A DNA stretch of 64,000 nucleotides from assembly GCF_009914755.1 (NCBI RefSeq), contig NC_060934.1; one strand, given 5' to 3'. Below, piece by piece: positions 42,441 through 56,034 of the stretch (its first letter is position 1; every line of letters starts with the position of its first letter). The DNA comes from the human T2T-CHM13v2.0 reference genome, Homo sapiens. Position numbers and translations under genes: made by a program. The notes beneath the pieces are model-generated. The model searched no databases and was not told where the DNA came from. It saw nothing but the letters and a program-made list of their open reading frames with translations.

Positions 42441-45407
42441 CAACTTCTGATTTTCTGCTTTGGGGCTAACCCTCTAATTGTGAATTCTAGAATGTCAGCT
42501 TCTTTTTCACTCAGCGTGTTTTCACCCTTGCCTAGCTGTTGGGGTCAAGGAATAGAAACTCATTTAACCTAATTCTAAGCAGAATATCTTTAGGAAGATT
42601 GTAATAATCACACAGTCATAGAATATTAGAATTGAACAAACATATGGAGACATGAAAGTCAACCATTTCATTTTAGAGAGGAGACTCAGGCCCTCCAGAG
42701 AGGCATTGATTATCCCAAGGCCTCTAGTTGATTAGTTCAGGGATTGCAACTAGATTTTGGGATATCTGCCTGCTGATCCAATGTTTTTCCGTCTATGTGA
42801 CCCTACCACTCAATGGCCTAGACTCTGAAACCAAGAAGAAATTGTGTTTTGTCTGTTTTGAATTATGGGTATCACTAATACGCCTCTGCTGATGTGGCTA
42901 ATGTGTTGTTGACTGTTATGCTGTTTTTAGGTTCTTGTGGGTTTAGGTCACACTGGCAATGGAATCAACCTCTCCTCTCCCATCTGATTCCTTGTATCAG
43001 GAGTACAATAATAATTTTTTCCCCTAACACAGAGAATATTTTTTGTGGGTCTAGTGGACGAAGATAGTTAAGGAATTAAATTGACCACCACTCCCACATA
43101 CCCCATACCATCAGGAAGGAAGGAGAGGCAGCATTATTAATGGAAATGCATTTTCTTTGAAGCTTGAATTTATTTTTTAAAAGAATATTCTTTCCTGACT
43201 TGGAAGAATTATTATTTGGTTGTAGGCATTTTATTATGTAGCTTCGTGTCATTATTGCATTGAGTGTGTTGCTATAGCTCCCACCAACTGTTTTAAGATG
43301 TTTTGAGACTGTGCTTTATATTATAAGGAAAGTATTTGTCACTCGGACTCTCAGAATTGAATTTGCCTGAATTAATTATGATTTGCACTCCATCCCCCTG
43401 GGCGGTATTGTGGGGGAGAGGTAATCCTTTCTGATGTCGTATAGAAAATCAATTCTGGCCTGCGGCACTGGCTAGTTGCTTGAGTGGGGGAACTTGTCAC
43501 CCACTGTATGGTCTTTATTTCCCATTTTTCTTGGCCCTTTGTTATGTATTACTTTCTCTGGGCTGGTTTAAGAAGCCGCCAGGGCCAGGGAGCAGTGCTT
43601 GGAGTGATGGACAAGGATACTCTCCCATAAAGAAAATCACAAGGGCCCCAAGTTGGGTAATAAAAGGCCTTGTCAGTGGCTTTTCTTGTGTAGTCAACAT
43701 TGTTTATAGAGTGTTTTCCACTGAGAAACATAGACACTTTCTCTTTCGCCTAGGGGATAAGACAAGTTGAATGGCACTTGGTCAGATGTAGGGATTTGGT
43801 CTTGACTGGTTTGAGAATGTGCTGTCTTCTCCTCTGTCTTCTCTGAGGCCTCCCTTTGTTCCTTGGAATATGTTCCTCTTTCTTAATTTCAAGATGGGAA
43901 ACTCCTTCATCTTATAAAACTCCGTGAGCAAATGTAAGAGGCAAAACAATTGATAAATATTTGTAACAACTATGACAAGCATAGGGTTGATATCCTTACT
44001 ATATAAACAGCTGTTACAAAAAATAACCACCATGGAAAGGGCTATGGTCAAGTTTTAAATGCCTTGGGAACAGTGCCCTCAAGATAAAGCTGAGCAAAAT
44101 AGCAGGACACAGAACTGAGCAGATGTAGATGTTAATGTAGATACACTCAGAGAAAGGGCTGAAATGTCCCCTTTTTCTTACATCCGTCAGGAGAGCCTAC
44201 GAGTAATTTCTGCCTTGGCATGTGACCATGGTGCCTTGGCTTTGCCATTCCAGCCAACTGACCCTTTTGCTGAAAGTTTAATAGGGGATGAATTCACATG
44301 TGAATTCATAATCCCCTTATCTGTGCTAAGAGCATTCTGTAATGAGCCTGCAACAGAAAGAATCTTACATCTTGCGGTTTTGCTCTGACCCCACCTCTTG
44401 GCCTCCTTCCTAACCTCTCTATACCTCCTGGTTTGACGCTTTAGGTATCTGCCCCTTGTGGAGTCATTGCCTGCCTGCAGTATGTTAAATGAAGTTTTAA
44501 ATAAATTGATTCACATTTCCTGCTAGTCGTCACATTGAGGCATTTAAGGAAGTATGGCATATGTGAGTGGGGAATATATTTTTGCTTATGAGAAGAGGAA
44601 AGAAAGACTTGTTCTCCTCTAGAATTTATTAATTTTGAGCCTTATTCTCTTTTATGTAGTGTGACTTTGACTATAAATCCACAAGCAAAGTCACAGTCAA
44701 ACCACAGTTTAAGTTTTGAAGATTTATTGTTAAAATTTGCTCTCCCCCTAATGCTTTTATTATTTTCTCTTCTGTTCCCTGCCCATGGTGTGGGTTACAG
44801 TTAATGTTATCTACATATGTCTATAAATACCAAAAATATTTTTGATACAATGTGCATTTAATCAACTTTTTGTTACTGTTATACCATTTGTGTGGAGGAA
44901 AATTGTTTCTGTCTTAATGTTCTATTGAAGTGCCTTTGGAGTGATGATATCATAATCACTTTAATACATTTAAAAGCTTCAAGGCTTAGCATTTATTGAA
45001 CAAAGCTCATTGAAGGAATATAACGGATGTCTTGAGGCTTTCCGCTGCTGTAAAAGGGACAGTATTGTTCATGGCCTCGGTAAAAGAAAATCTGAATTTT
45101 TATTTTACTTTGCACTGCATTGCAATTATATTTTAAAAGCTCTTCAAGCACAACTAACAAAGGGGCTGTTTTTATGAATTGTTATATTTGCATATCTCGG
45201 GGCTGACTGCTGTGAGTTTAAGATTAATAATGGACAGCAATTTAAAACTTTATCACCAAAATCCAACCTCGAGATCCTAAAATATGGCTTTCCCTTCCTG
45301 GATATCCTTGGAGAACAAGTTTTCCTAGGTTGGGAAGTGAGCGGAATTCTTACAAGTTTTGGCTCTTTGGGATCTCCGTGAAGAGAGAGCCATAGAGGGT
45401 TGAGATT

Positions 45408-45409
<2 letters not shown>

Positions 45410-45456
<47 letters not shown>
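45410..45456. repeat. (TG)n microsatellite, about 23 units
   Basis: Seen directly. Confidence 0.97.
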
Positions 45457-45458
<2 letters not shown>

Positions 45459-45963
45459 GTCCATGAAATCAGAGTGGGAAAATGGCATATGGGAAGCCGA
45501 GGGAGCCCCCACAGTCCTTGTGGGTTGAAGGTATGTTCTCTCAATCCCTGGACTGACACACAGGATGGGCCACCACGCTCTGAAGCTACCCTTCTGAAGA
45601 GTGCTAGGGAGAAGCTGTGACTGTTGGAGGTGTAATGGAAGATACCCCGTCATTCTCTTGGTTGAGATGGTTAAGTCACATCCTTAAAATTTGGCACCTC
45701 CTGGAACACTGGCCTCATCTTCCCTGCTGTTGGGTAACTGCTGACTGTGGCCTTGGAATTACATGTGTGGTGAGACATCCCCATGGGTGCAGGCTTGGTC
45801 TTGGAAATTATTTCAAGGAAGCTTTCTTTATCCCACTCAGTCATAACTCCGGGGAGAAGAGTGCCTGGAAAGACTAGTCACAGTTTCCTATTTCTTATTC
45901 CCCATCATCTAATTAGGTAGCTCCTGGTCTTGACTCTCCGTGACTGACTTGTCTGAAATTTAC

Positions 45964-46116
45964 GTGTGTGTGTGTGTGTGTAAATTATTATTATTTTTTA
46001 GAGACAGGGTCTCACTGTATTGCCCAGGCTGGTCTCAAACTCCTGGGCTCAAGTGATCCTCCCACCTTGGCCTCCTGAAGTGTTGGGATTACAGGCGTCA
46101 GCCACCACGCCCAGCC
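45964..46116 (-). mobile_element. FLAM/Alu monomer with a (TG)n in its tail
   Basis: Single left arm; TSD aaatttac. Confidence 0.88.
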
Positions 46117-46497
46117 AAATTTACTTGTTTAAAGCATCAATTCTCTCTCTAAATTTTCCTTAAGTGAAAATAGGCATTGTAAAGTTCATATGCTATGAAG
46201 TGGGGCTGCTGAGGCCTAATTAATGATGAATCCATGTTTCTTTCCGCCTAATGCTCTGAACAGGTGAATTTGCTTGAAATGATGGCTTTGATTTAGTAGC
46301 CTGAAAATAGTGGTCTTTTACTTCTTGTCTTTAGAGATATGGTGGCTGTTACCTTTGGTAATCAATCCTTTCTAATCTGGGTAGTTGGGGCTAGTTAGAG
46401 ACCAGAGCTGTGATTAGGGTGTGGTGGTTTCCACTAGCGGTTGTTGAAACAACTTCCTAAAGAGATGTTATTTATGTATTCACCCATCCACTTCTCT

Positions 46498-47265
<768 letters not shown>

Positions 47266-48269
47266 TCATTCATCTATTGTATCCTGTCTCTCTCTTTCTG
47301 TCTCCTTCTCCCTCTCTCCCTCCCTCCCTTCTGTTTTCCAAGCTGTAGTTGAAATGCCCCTCCCTAGTTCTATATATTTCTCAGACAGGCCTTTTATGGT
47401 TTTTTTTTTCTTCCCCTTTCAAGGTTTCCCTTGATGTTTGTTTTAACCTGCTTTTATCGATATTAAGATGGTGGGCATGGAGGGGACCATTTTTTGAGTG
47501 CCAAGTCTTCATTTCTCCTCTGCATAACATTTTCATGCAGCTAAAACATCAAGGCCTGCCGTACAGAGGAAAAAGTGACCAAACAGCTGGGAATGGTTCT
47601 TGGAAGCCTCTGAGCTTTTTGCCCTTCATTGGATCATGACTGTCACTTATCTCTAGAAACTTCCCTCCCCTTCTTGCCTGCAGGCAGCTGGGCCAAAGGG
47701 CAACCCCTTTGAGATCCAGAGTCCTGCCACTTATGGGGATGAATACACTTTACCTCATAGAAGTCCCTGGAATCCAAAAGTCAAGGCCAGTGTCATGCAT
47801 CCACCCTCCTGTGAACAGACTAACTTTAAAGAATTCTCAGATAGAAGATGAAGGCAATGCCTCGGGGTGGCTGGATTTTTATAGTTCCAGCTGTTGCAAA
47901 CCCAGGTGGTGCTGCTTGTGGTGGTCCCCAAGCTCTAGGAAAGACAGGCCCTTCCACTGAGCAAAAAGGTGCTTTGAGGCAGGATGATGTTGCAGATGAC
48001 ATTGCTGTGTCCCTTCTTACAAGTCAGCCCATCTGCTCTCTGTCCTTTGGCAGCAGTGGAGTTTTCCAAATCAGGAATTGGGACGTGTAATCTGATGAGT
48101 TGTGCTACCTCTGAAGACAAAGGGTAGTCTGAGCAGATAATGTTTGCATTCTGGAATGTTTGTACCTCTGGGTCATTTTGAGCACTTTTACAGTTAGTGA
48201 GACAATATTTGAAATCCAGGAGTTTTAAACAGAGATCTAGGAACTATGATTGTGGTACATGAAATTTTT

Positions 48270-48490
48270 GCTTAAAGAGGCTTTGAAGAGATTGGACTTT
48301 GGAGGTCTAGAGACCTGGGTTCAAATCCTCTTGCTAGATGACTTTTGGGGGATAATTTATTTGAGGCTCAGTGGTTTTTTAAAAAATCTATAAAACAGAG
48401 CTAGTGAGATATAATTCAATGGAGAATGAAATTAAATGAGAACACATGTAAAGTGCTTAGCACATAGTAGGTCCTCAACAAAAGTTAATT
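48270..48490 (+). mobile_element. MIR SINE
   Basis: 'agacctgggttcaaatcc', 'tgtaaagtgcttagcacatagtagg'. Confidence 0.8.
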
Positions 48491-48884
48491 TCTCTTGTAA
48501 GCAATCACTATGCTAAGTGCTTAGTAAATGTTTCGTTTGTTTTATGTTCAAAAACTTGAAAACTTGAGCAATAGTCTATATCTTAATTTTGTTTTATTTT
48601 ACATTTAATAACCCTCATCTTTTTGTGCATGGCTAGAGATGTTTTTCAGGAACACAGGATTATTTTTCAAGCAGCCCCCTTTTCCCTTTATGTGAGATGG
48701 GTATACCATGAGAAGGCGCTTTTACAACTAGAAACACAGGTGGTTTCTAAATTGGAAGCATGAACTGACCTAGCATACTTTCGGAAGTGCAGTTGAAGAG
48801 GACTTCAAGCTGTACTTTGAGCCTTTCTGGGCCATAGATCTCTGAGAATCTTAACAGAGCTATGGACCCACTTCTCAGAAAAAT

Positions 48885-48990
48885 GCACATATGTTTATAC
48901 ATAAGGTGTATGCACATATGTATATACATGAGGGGTCTATACACATATGTGTATACATGAGGGGTATATACACATATGTGTATATATGAC
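48885..48990. repeat. About 29-bp palindromic minisatellite, 3-4 copies
   Basis: Units of tatacacatatgtgtatacatgagggg. Confidence 0.8.
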
Positions 48991-49279
48991 CTGTGGACCC
49001 CACCCCCTGCCCTCTCCCCTCAGGAATCCTAGATTAAGAACTCCTGGCCTAGCTTTTTTTTTTTCTTTTCTTTAAAGGGATTTAGAGATTGACAGAGAAT
49101 GAAGAAAAGGGAATGAAAGACATATGCATGGGTGGGGAAGGGTGACTGGGAGAGTTGGCCACACCCAGAACAAAGCAGGTGGTTGAGATAGTGATGAGAT
49201 GATAAAATCATGCTACATGTCAGGGTGGCATTCACAGCTCCATGGTTTCCAAGATGTCAAGAATAGAAAGATCCAGTTT

Positions 49280-50215
49280 TTTTTTAACTCTAATATTTTT
49301 AATGAAAAATTTCTATCATACAGAAAAGTTTGAAGGATTGTATAGTGGACACATGGATATGCCCACTATTGAGATTCTTCCATTGACATTTGTTCTGCTT
49401 GCTTTATTTCACCTCTAGCCATCCATCAATCCATCTTGCTTTTTTCACGCATTTCATAGTAAGTTACAGACATCAGTATCCCTCACCCTGAACACTCAGC
49501 ATGCCTATCATTTTCTAGAGTTCGATATTTTTTTTTTTTGAGAAATGCATGAACCCTAAATGTACCATTCTGTGAGTTTTGATAAATACACGCACCTGTG
49601 TAATCCAAACCCTATCAAAGTGTAGATCCTGATTTCAACCTAGAAAGTTGTCTTATGTCCCTTCCTAGCTAATTCCTGCTCCCCCCCCTCCATAGGCAAT
49701 TGCTCTTTTTTTTTTTCTTTTCCACCATGGCTTAATTTTGCCTGTTTTACGACTTCACACAATTAAGATCATATAGTATATATTTTTGTGTACGTGAGGC
49801 TTCTTTCATCAGCACAGTGCATTTGAAATTTATTCCTGTTGTATGTACCAGTAGTTTGGTTCTTCTTGTTGTTGAATCCTGTTGAATGTCACTTAAGCTG
49901 TTTCCAGATTTTAGGTATTAAGCTGCTGTGAACACATATACAAGCCTTTGTTTGTATATATATATTTTCACTTCTCTTGAGCAAATACATGAGAGTGGAA
50001 CTACTGGGTCCTAGGGGAGATGCACGTTTAGTTTTAATAAGAATTTTCCAGTTTTCCCCAAAGCGGCTGTTTCCTTTTCACTTCCACCAACAAAGTATGA
50101 AAGTTCTGGTTGCTCCGTGTCCTCACCAACATTTGGTGTTGTCAGTCTTTTTCATTGTAGGCATTCTGTTGGGTGTATGATGACGTCTCGTTGTGGTTTT
50201 AATTTGCCTGTGGTG
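49280..50215 (-). mobile_element. L1M 3' fragments (antisense)
   Basis: 'gctgctgtgaacaca', 'cctcaccaacatttggtgttgtcag', 'gttgtggttttaatttgc'. Confidence 0.8.
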
Positions 50216-50447
50216 CTCCAATATGACATTTTCCTTGGTCCCTAAGTCCCCTTTGATCTCAGAGGCATTATCTCTGTACTTAGGGAATGTGTGGGAATAG
50301 CTAGTCAAAATCTTATGGGGCTATAAAACTTTCTGCAGCTTTTTTTTCCCCCTTTTAAGTTCTGTATGGCAGGAAAATGCTTGAGAGTGTCCGTGTCCAT
50401 ATAGATACCCACAGTCACTTGTGATATTGTGGCTGCAGGAAGGGTGC

Positions 50448-51358
50448 TCCACGGACTAGGCAAGGATAGCTGTATTCTGGGAGCTGGGAGCTCCACCTCC
50501 CAGATGGAGCGACGTGTGTGTGTGCACGAGTGTTTGCGTGTGCATGCGTGCGTGTGTGTGCATCAAGTCCCTTGACATTTAAGGAGTTTGGTGAGTCAGC
50601 AGCTGGAACCTTGCATCCAGCCCTGTGTCACAACATTATCAGAGACTTGGGGAAACTGGATGGAGTTCAGAGAGGAGCGGCTAGTATGATTAAAGGGCTT
50701 GGAAGGATTAAGGGATTGATTTATGAGGAAAGATGAAAGGAATTTAATGTGTGCTGCTTGACTAAGTGGGTACACCATAATAGCCTGCAAATATCTGAAG
50801 GGTATAAACACTGGAGAGGGAGAGGAATTAGCACAGGGTGAGGAAACTGATCCAGGAATAATGGGGGAATATAAAGGGGAGGGGAGGATGGGGTGAGTTG
50901 GCAAAGTATTAGCAGGGGTTTGGCCTTCCACGAATCCTCTCCGTCTCAGAAGCCTAAAGGGGGAGTGAGTTGGTTTTGGGAGGATGAACTGGAGGAGACG
51001 CTGTGGGTGGAGAAAAAGCAGGTGGAAAGAGGGTATGTGTTTGAGTGCCTACTGTGTGCAGGACCAGGTGAGAAGGTGCTGATCTGGATGCACAGGCTGG
51101 GAACCTGGAGGCAGGAGGGAAGGGCGGTGGTGGAGAATGAGGTGATGGAGACAGCCTGGAGCCTGGAATCTAGACACCCTCTGAAATTCCTCCTCCTCCT
51201 GGTCGTTTTTCCAGATTGATGAAAGAGGTGCTGACGCTTCTGTGTTGCATCCCAGCTTGCTTGAGATGTGCAGTTTCTAACTCAAAAGTCTTCTAGCTTT
51301 CCAGTTATTTTCCTGTCCCTGCTTCCTAAAATACAGCTATCCTTGCCTAGTCCGTGGA
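50448..51358. other. 29-bp perfect inverted repeat pair (50448-50476 and 51330-51358)
   Basis: tccacggactaggcaaggatagctgtatt is the exact reverse complement of aatacagctatccttgcctagtccgtgga. Confidence 0.95.
50620..50835 (+). mobile_element. CR1/L3 LINE relic (ORF2 C-terminus)
   Basis: Translation 'DLGKLDGVQRGAASMIKGL...YEER' resembles the CR1 ORF2 motif 'KLERVQRRATKMIKGL...YEERL'. Confidence 0.8.
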
Positions 51359-51474
51359 ATTCATCTCTCCCTGCCTGTGTATCTTTTCCAGGTTTGTGGG
51401 TCTGTGATTGGGGAACAATATGTGGACTAGTGAAGAGAGGATGGGAAGTGAAGCCAAGCTGCCTGGAGTGAGGG

Positions 51475-51670
51475 TCTGGCTTCGTACTCCCCAGCGGGAT
51501 GAGCAGGCCCAGGTGCTTACTCTCTGGGCCTTGACTGTCTTTTCTGAAAAATGGAGATGATAATAGCACTTTACTTCACAGAACTGTCCTGAAGTTTACA
51601 TGAAGTAAGGGGTGTGCAGTGCTTAGCATAGTGCCTGGCAAAAAGCAAATGCTCAATAACTGCTGGCTAC
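51475..51670 (+). mobile_element. MIR SINE
   Basis: 'ctgaaaaatggagatgataatagc', 'gtgcttagcatagtgcctggca'. Confidence 0.8.
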
Positions 51671-52617
51671 TGTGGTTATAATTAAAGCCACAATCGGGGC
51701 TATGATTCTCCCAGTACCAAAACTTGGGCTGGGAGTTGGCCTGAGCAGTGCCTTCGGTGTGTAGACAGCCTCCTCTGACACAGTGTGTGGGGAGGTGCTC
51801 ACAATAGCATTGGGGTGGTCATAGGAGGGGTTGTTTTCATCTCAGTAGGAGGCAGTGATGGGTAACACTGCTTTCTCCCCTAAGGTACCAAGGTGTCTAG
51901 AGCCAAGGTCTGGAGACCAGATCCCCAGGTTTGGCTGGAAGAAGAAACTTGGTTCCTTCCCCTTCTGAGCTCCGGCCTGATTCAATGAAAAGATAGTTGA
52001 GCTGAGAGCCAGGAAACCTAGATTAACTTCTGTTTTCCAACACCTCATTTCCTCATCGGTTGAGAAAAGGGAGGAGGGGTTTAAATCAGTGTTTTCTACA
52101 CTTTTTTTTCCTGCTAAGCAATAGAGCCCTTTAGTTGAGTGATGTGTTATGTGGAACCCTAATATGTCAAATAGCCCCACACTGAGCTGCTTCTGACTGA
52201 GGTAGGGGGCTGGAGACCATCCTGATTGAACCCCTGTTGCTCCTTATAGGAGTCTTCCAGTGACACCCAGACCTTTCTGAAACACTGCTAATACACATGC
52301 ACACACACACAACTGAGCCCTTCTAATGGTAACTCTTTTTCTGATGACCACTAAGATAAATTGTGGGCCTACCTTCGCTAAGTGCTTTGCATCTGTCAGA
52401 TAATAATATTCTCAGAATTTTATCATAGGGTGAAGAATATTATTATCTCTGCTCTACAGAAGAAACTGAGGCTGAGGAGTCAAGCAAGGGTCTCATAGCT
52501 GAGAAGTGACAGATGATCTCTTAAGAATTCTTTCAGCTCTGAAATAGTCAAATTCAGTTTCTACAACAGGTATTCAAGTGATATAGTAGATATGCAGTAA
52601 ATACTTAGTAATCTGAG

Positions 52618-52971
52618 TATATTAGTCCGTTTTCACACTGCTACAAAAAAAGATGCTACCTGAGACTGGGTAATTTATAAAGGAAAGGGGTTTGATTGAC
52701 TTATAGTTCTGCATGGCTAGGGAGGCCTCAGGAAACTTACAATCATGGCCGAAGGGGAAGCAGGCACGTTTTACATGGTGGCAGGAGGGAGAGAGTGTAC
52801 GAAGGGGGAAGAGCCCTATATAAAACTGTCAGATCTTGTGAGAACTCACTCACTATCATGAGAACAGCATGGGGGAAAGCCACCCCTATGATCCAATCAC
52901 CTCCCACCAGGTCCCTCGCTCGATTACAGTTCGAGATGAGATTTGGTGGGGACACAGACCTAAAGCCTATC
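52618..52971 (-). mobile_element. THE1 (C/D)/MSTA solo LTR
   Basis: 'cctgagactgggtaatttataaagg', 'ggcctcaggaaacttacaatcatgg', 'atccaatcacctcccaccagg'. Confidence 0.9.
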
Positions 52972-53860
52972 CAAATCTGTTTATTTGGATAGCAGGCTTC
53001 CCCAACTCCAGAATGGAATTCTGCAACCTGTTGTCAGTCTCCTGGACAGATTCTCAAGTCTCTTCTTTGCATGTTGTCTCTGCTTCAAGACACAGACTTT
53101 CCCATTGCAGGTGTCAGTCATTTATGACATCTCTGAAGGAATGCAAGTCTAGGCTTTAGCTACCACAAAGTGTGCCTTCTGGGATACTTCAGAGAATCAG
53201 GGTGTTGGGATACTGTTTTGTTTTAAAATGCCTTTTTTTTTCCCACCTATTACCCCAGTAGGAGTCAGTTTACTCTGTTTTAATCAATGATAATAGTCCT
53301 GAATATGTACAATTCTTTCTTTGGTATTTTTAATTGGTAGTTTCAGACAAGGGAGTAGATGACAACTTGTTCCATTAAAAGGAATTCATATTTATACTCT
53401 TATAAAATGTGTTCCCAGTTGCTCCCACACTTTCCTGGTGTGTGTTTAAATGATTCTTTTTCTTCTTACTGTTAACTGACCTAAGATGTCTGTAAAAGTA
53501 TTGGATTCCTTGTGCATCCTGTCTATTGAAAGAGAGGCCAGAAGGAGCAAGAAAGGCAGGTGGTGTGGGCCTGTTTATAGACGTGGAATGAGGTCATCTT
53601 GTGAATGTTTGCTGGTGGCTTTTCCATATTGAGGGCTTTCTATGGTGAAATTTTTATCCTAATTTTGATTCAATAACCCAATGGAGAGAATATAAACCAA
53701 ATATTAACTATAACCAGAGTCCAGAATAATCAAGAGGGTATATCTGCACTACAAATATACATAACCGAAATAGGTCTCAGACCAGATGCTAATGACATTT
53801 GAATTATTCTTTTAGTCAGGGAAGATATTGCTATTTAAAACTGCTCCCAGGTCTTAGTGA

Positions 53861-54268
<408 letters not shown>

Positions 54269-54797
54269 TAAGCCTGTTCCTGAAAGGAGGCTGGGAAATT
54301 AAGTCCAACTGCGTGCCCAGGAAGCTGAGGAGGACAGCAGCAGCACAGGGGTGAGCCCTGTGGCTTCTGCAACACTGACTGTTGTTCATGATCTATTTCA
54401 CCATTTCCCTGTTGTTGGGCACAGTTTGGGAGAGGATTATTGTTGACCCAACCAGTCCAGAGAACAAGTTATATACCTTTTTGCCTTTTAGATTTTTTTT
54501 TTTTATTGATCTCTGAGTTGAATTAATGGGGCCAATCCTAAGGGCCTCTGTTTACTCTTATACAGAGAAGAGGAACAGCCCTAGCTAAATCACCAGTGTT
54601 TCTTTGGGAAGAATCTGGTACAATAAATGTCTTCGGGAATGACTCGTGTCAGGTTCACCTCTAGCTGATCCTGGCCTCAGGGCCTGGTTGGCCCTTGAAC
54701 TCAGGCAGGTGCAAGTATGGGCTTAAGTTTACTCTTGCTGTTTCTTCCAAAGGGTTCAGAGGCCTCCTGAGGCACTAGTGGGTACACACTTCTTCCT

Positions 54798-54885
54798 CTT
54801 TATTTTATATTTGTTTATTTTTAACTTTTATTTTAGGTTTGGGGTACACGTGCAGGTTTGTTATATAGGTAAACCTCCATGTCAT
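54798..54885 (-). mobile_element. L1PA/PB extreme 3' end fragment
   Basis: 'ggggtacacgtgcaggtttgttatataggtaaac' preceded by a T-rich tail. Confidence 0.8.
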
Positions 54886-56034
54886 GGAAGTTTTGCAGGC
54901 ACACTTCTCCTCCTTCTTGCCCTGACTGGTGCTGTTCTTCCCTGTCCAGTCCTGCAGTCCCCAGGTAGAGGCAACCTTTTCTTCTCTTTCCTGTGTGGCC
55001 TGAAAACCCCCTGCACAGCCCACACCACCCTGTGACCCACAGCAACACCTATTTGTATCATTTGCTTCCCTTCTCACACTGAACCTGAGACTCAAAACAC
55101 TGAAGCACCTGTGGTAGGGTGAGATGGCAACAGGTGCATGAAGCCTTTTTAATGCTCACCATGTAAAAGTGCAAAAGCCAGGCAGGGACTGCATTCTCTA
55201 GGGAATGTCCATTTTGGACATGAGGCTGCCCACTGTTAGTTGATAGCCTGTTTTTTTTTTTTTTATTATTACAGGTACTGCAGTTGTGCTTGCCTTCTTT
55301 AAAAAATAAGTTTGCACATGAATGTGAAGCCAGCTGACTTTTAGGGAAATTTCATTGGCTTCTTCTAGAACACTGCATTATGCAGTTTGGGTGTTGTGGC
55401 TTCTCATGCTGGAGACTGTTGCTGCTGTATGTGTGTGCAGGGCAGGGGTGGTGGTGGATGTTTAAAGGAAAAATATGGGGATTCAAATGACATTAGGCCT
55501 GTGGACTCAGACATTTAGGGGGAACTTGGCCACAGCCCCCATGATTTAGTTTTCTTGCTTTATAATTGGTCATGAATCTGGTATGCCCTATTTTCCATTA
55601 GGCTAATAAAATATTAGTGTTATAAACCATGACTATTGGTTTATAGAAGTTGCAATCCCTTTGTCACCCTCTGTTACCTTGGTTTAGAATCAGTTTGTTA
55701 GAGCATTAACCACCTTCTGGTTTGCATCAAGGTGGCTGTCTAATGGGTCATTAAGTACTAGTGATACTCAGTTCCTCTGGGATTTTTTTTGATATTACAG
55801 TAGTTATATTGGGAATAAAGTATATAAGAAACTACACTCGCACAGTAGGTTGTCTTTATGGGGGAAGAACCTGAGAGAGGGAGAACAGATGGGATATTTA
55901 TTCCATATTCAGTTGTGAGAGTCTTGGCTTCATTTGGAAAGGTCAACAATCTGGAAGTGTAAGGGTATTTGATTAGCCACATACCAGATAATAAGGGGTA
56001 TTAATGAAGCATAAGGAATTGAAGATATCAGGGC

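Noticed and set aside
45144-45653. 169-aa minus-strand ORF
   Set aside because: Held open partly by the (CA)n repeat (THTHTH); no domain.
50518-50736. ORF with a protein-like tail (KLDGVQRGAASMIKGL)
   Set aside because: Decayed CR1 ORF2 remnant, stopped after a short stretch; no evidence of domestication.
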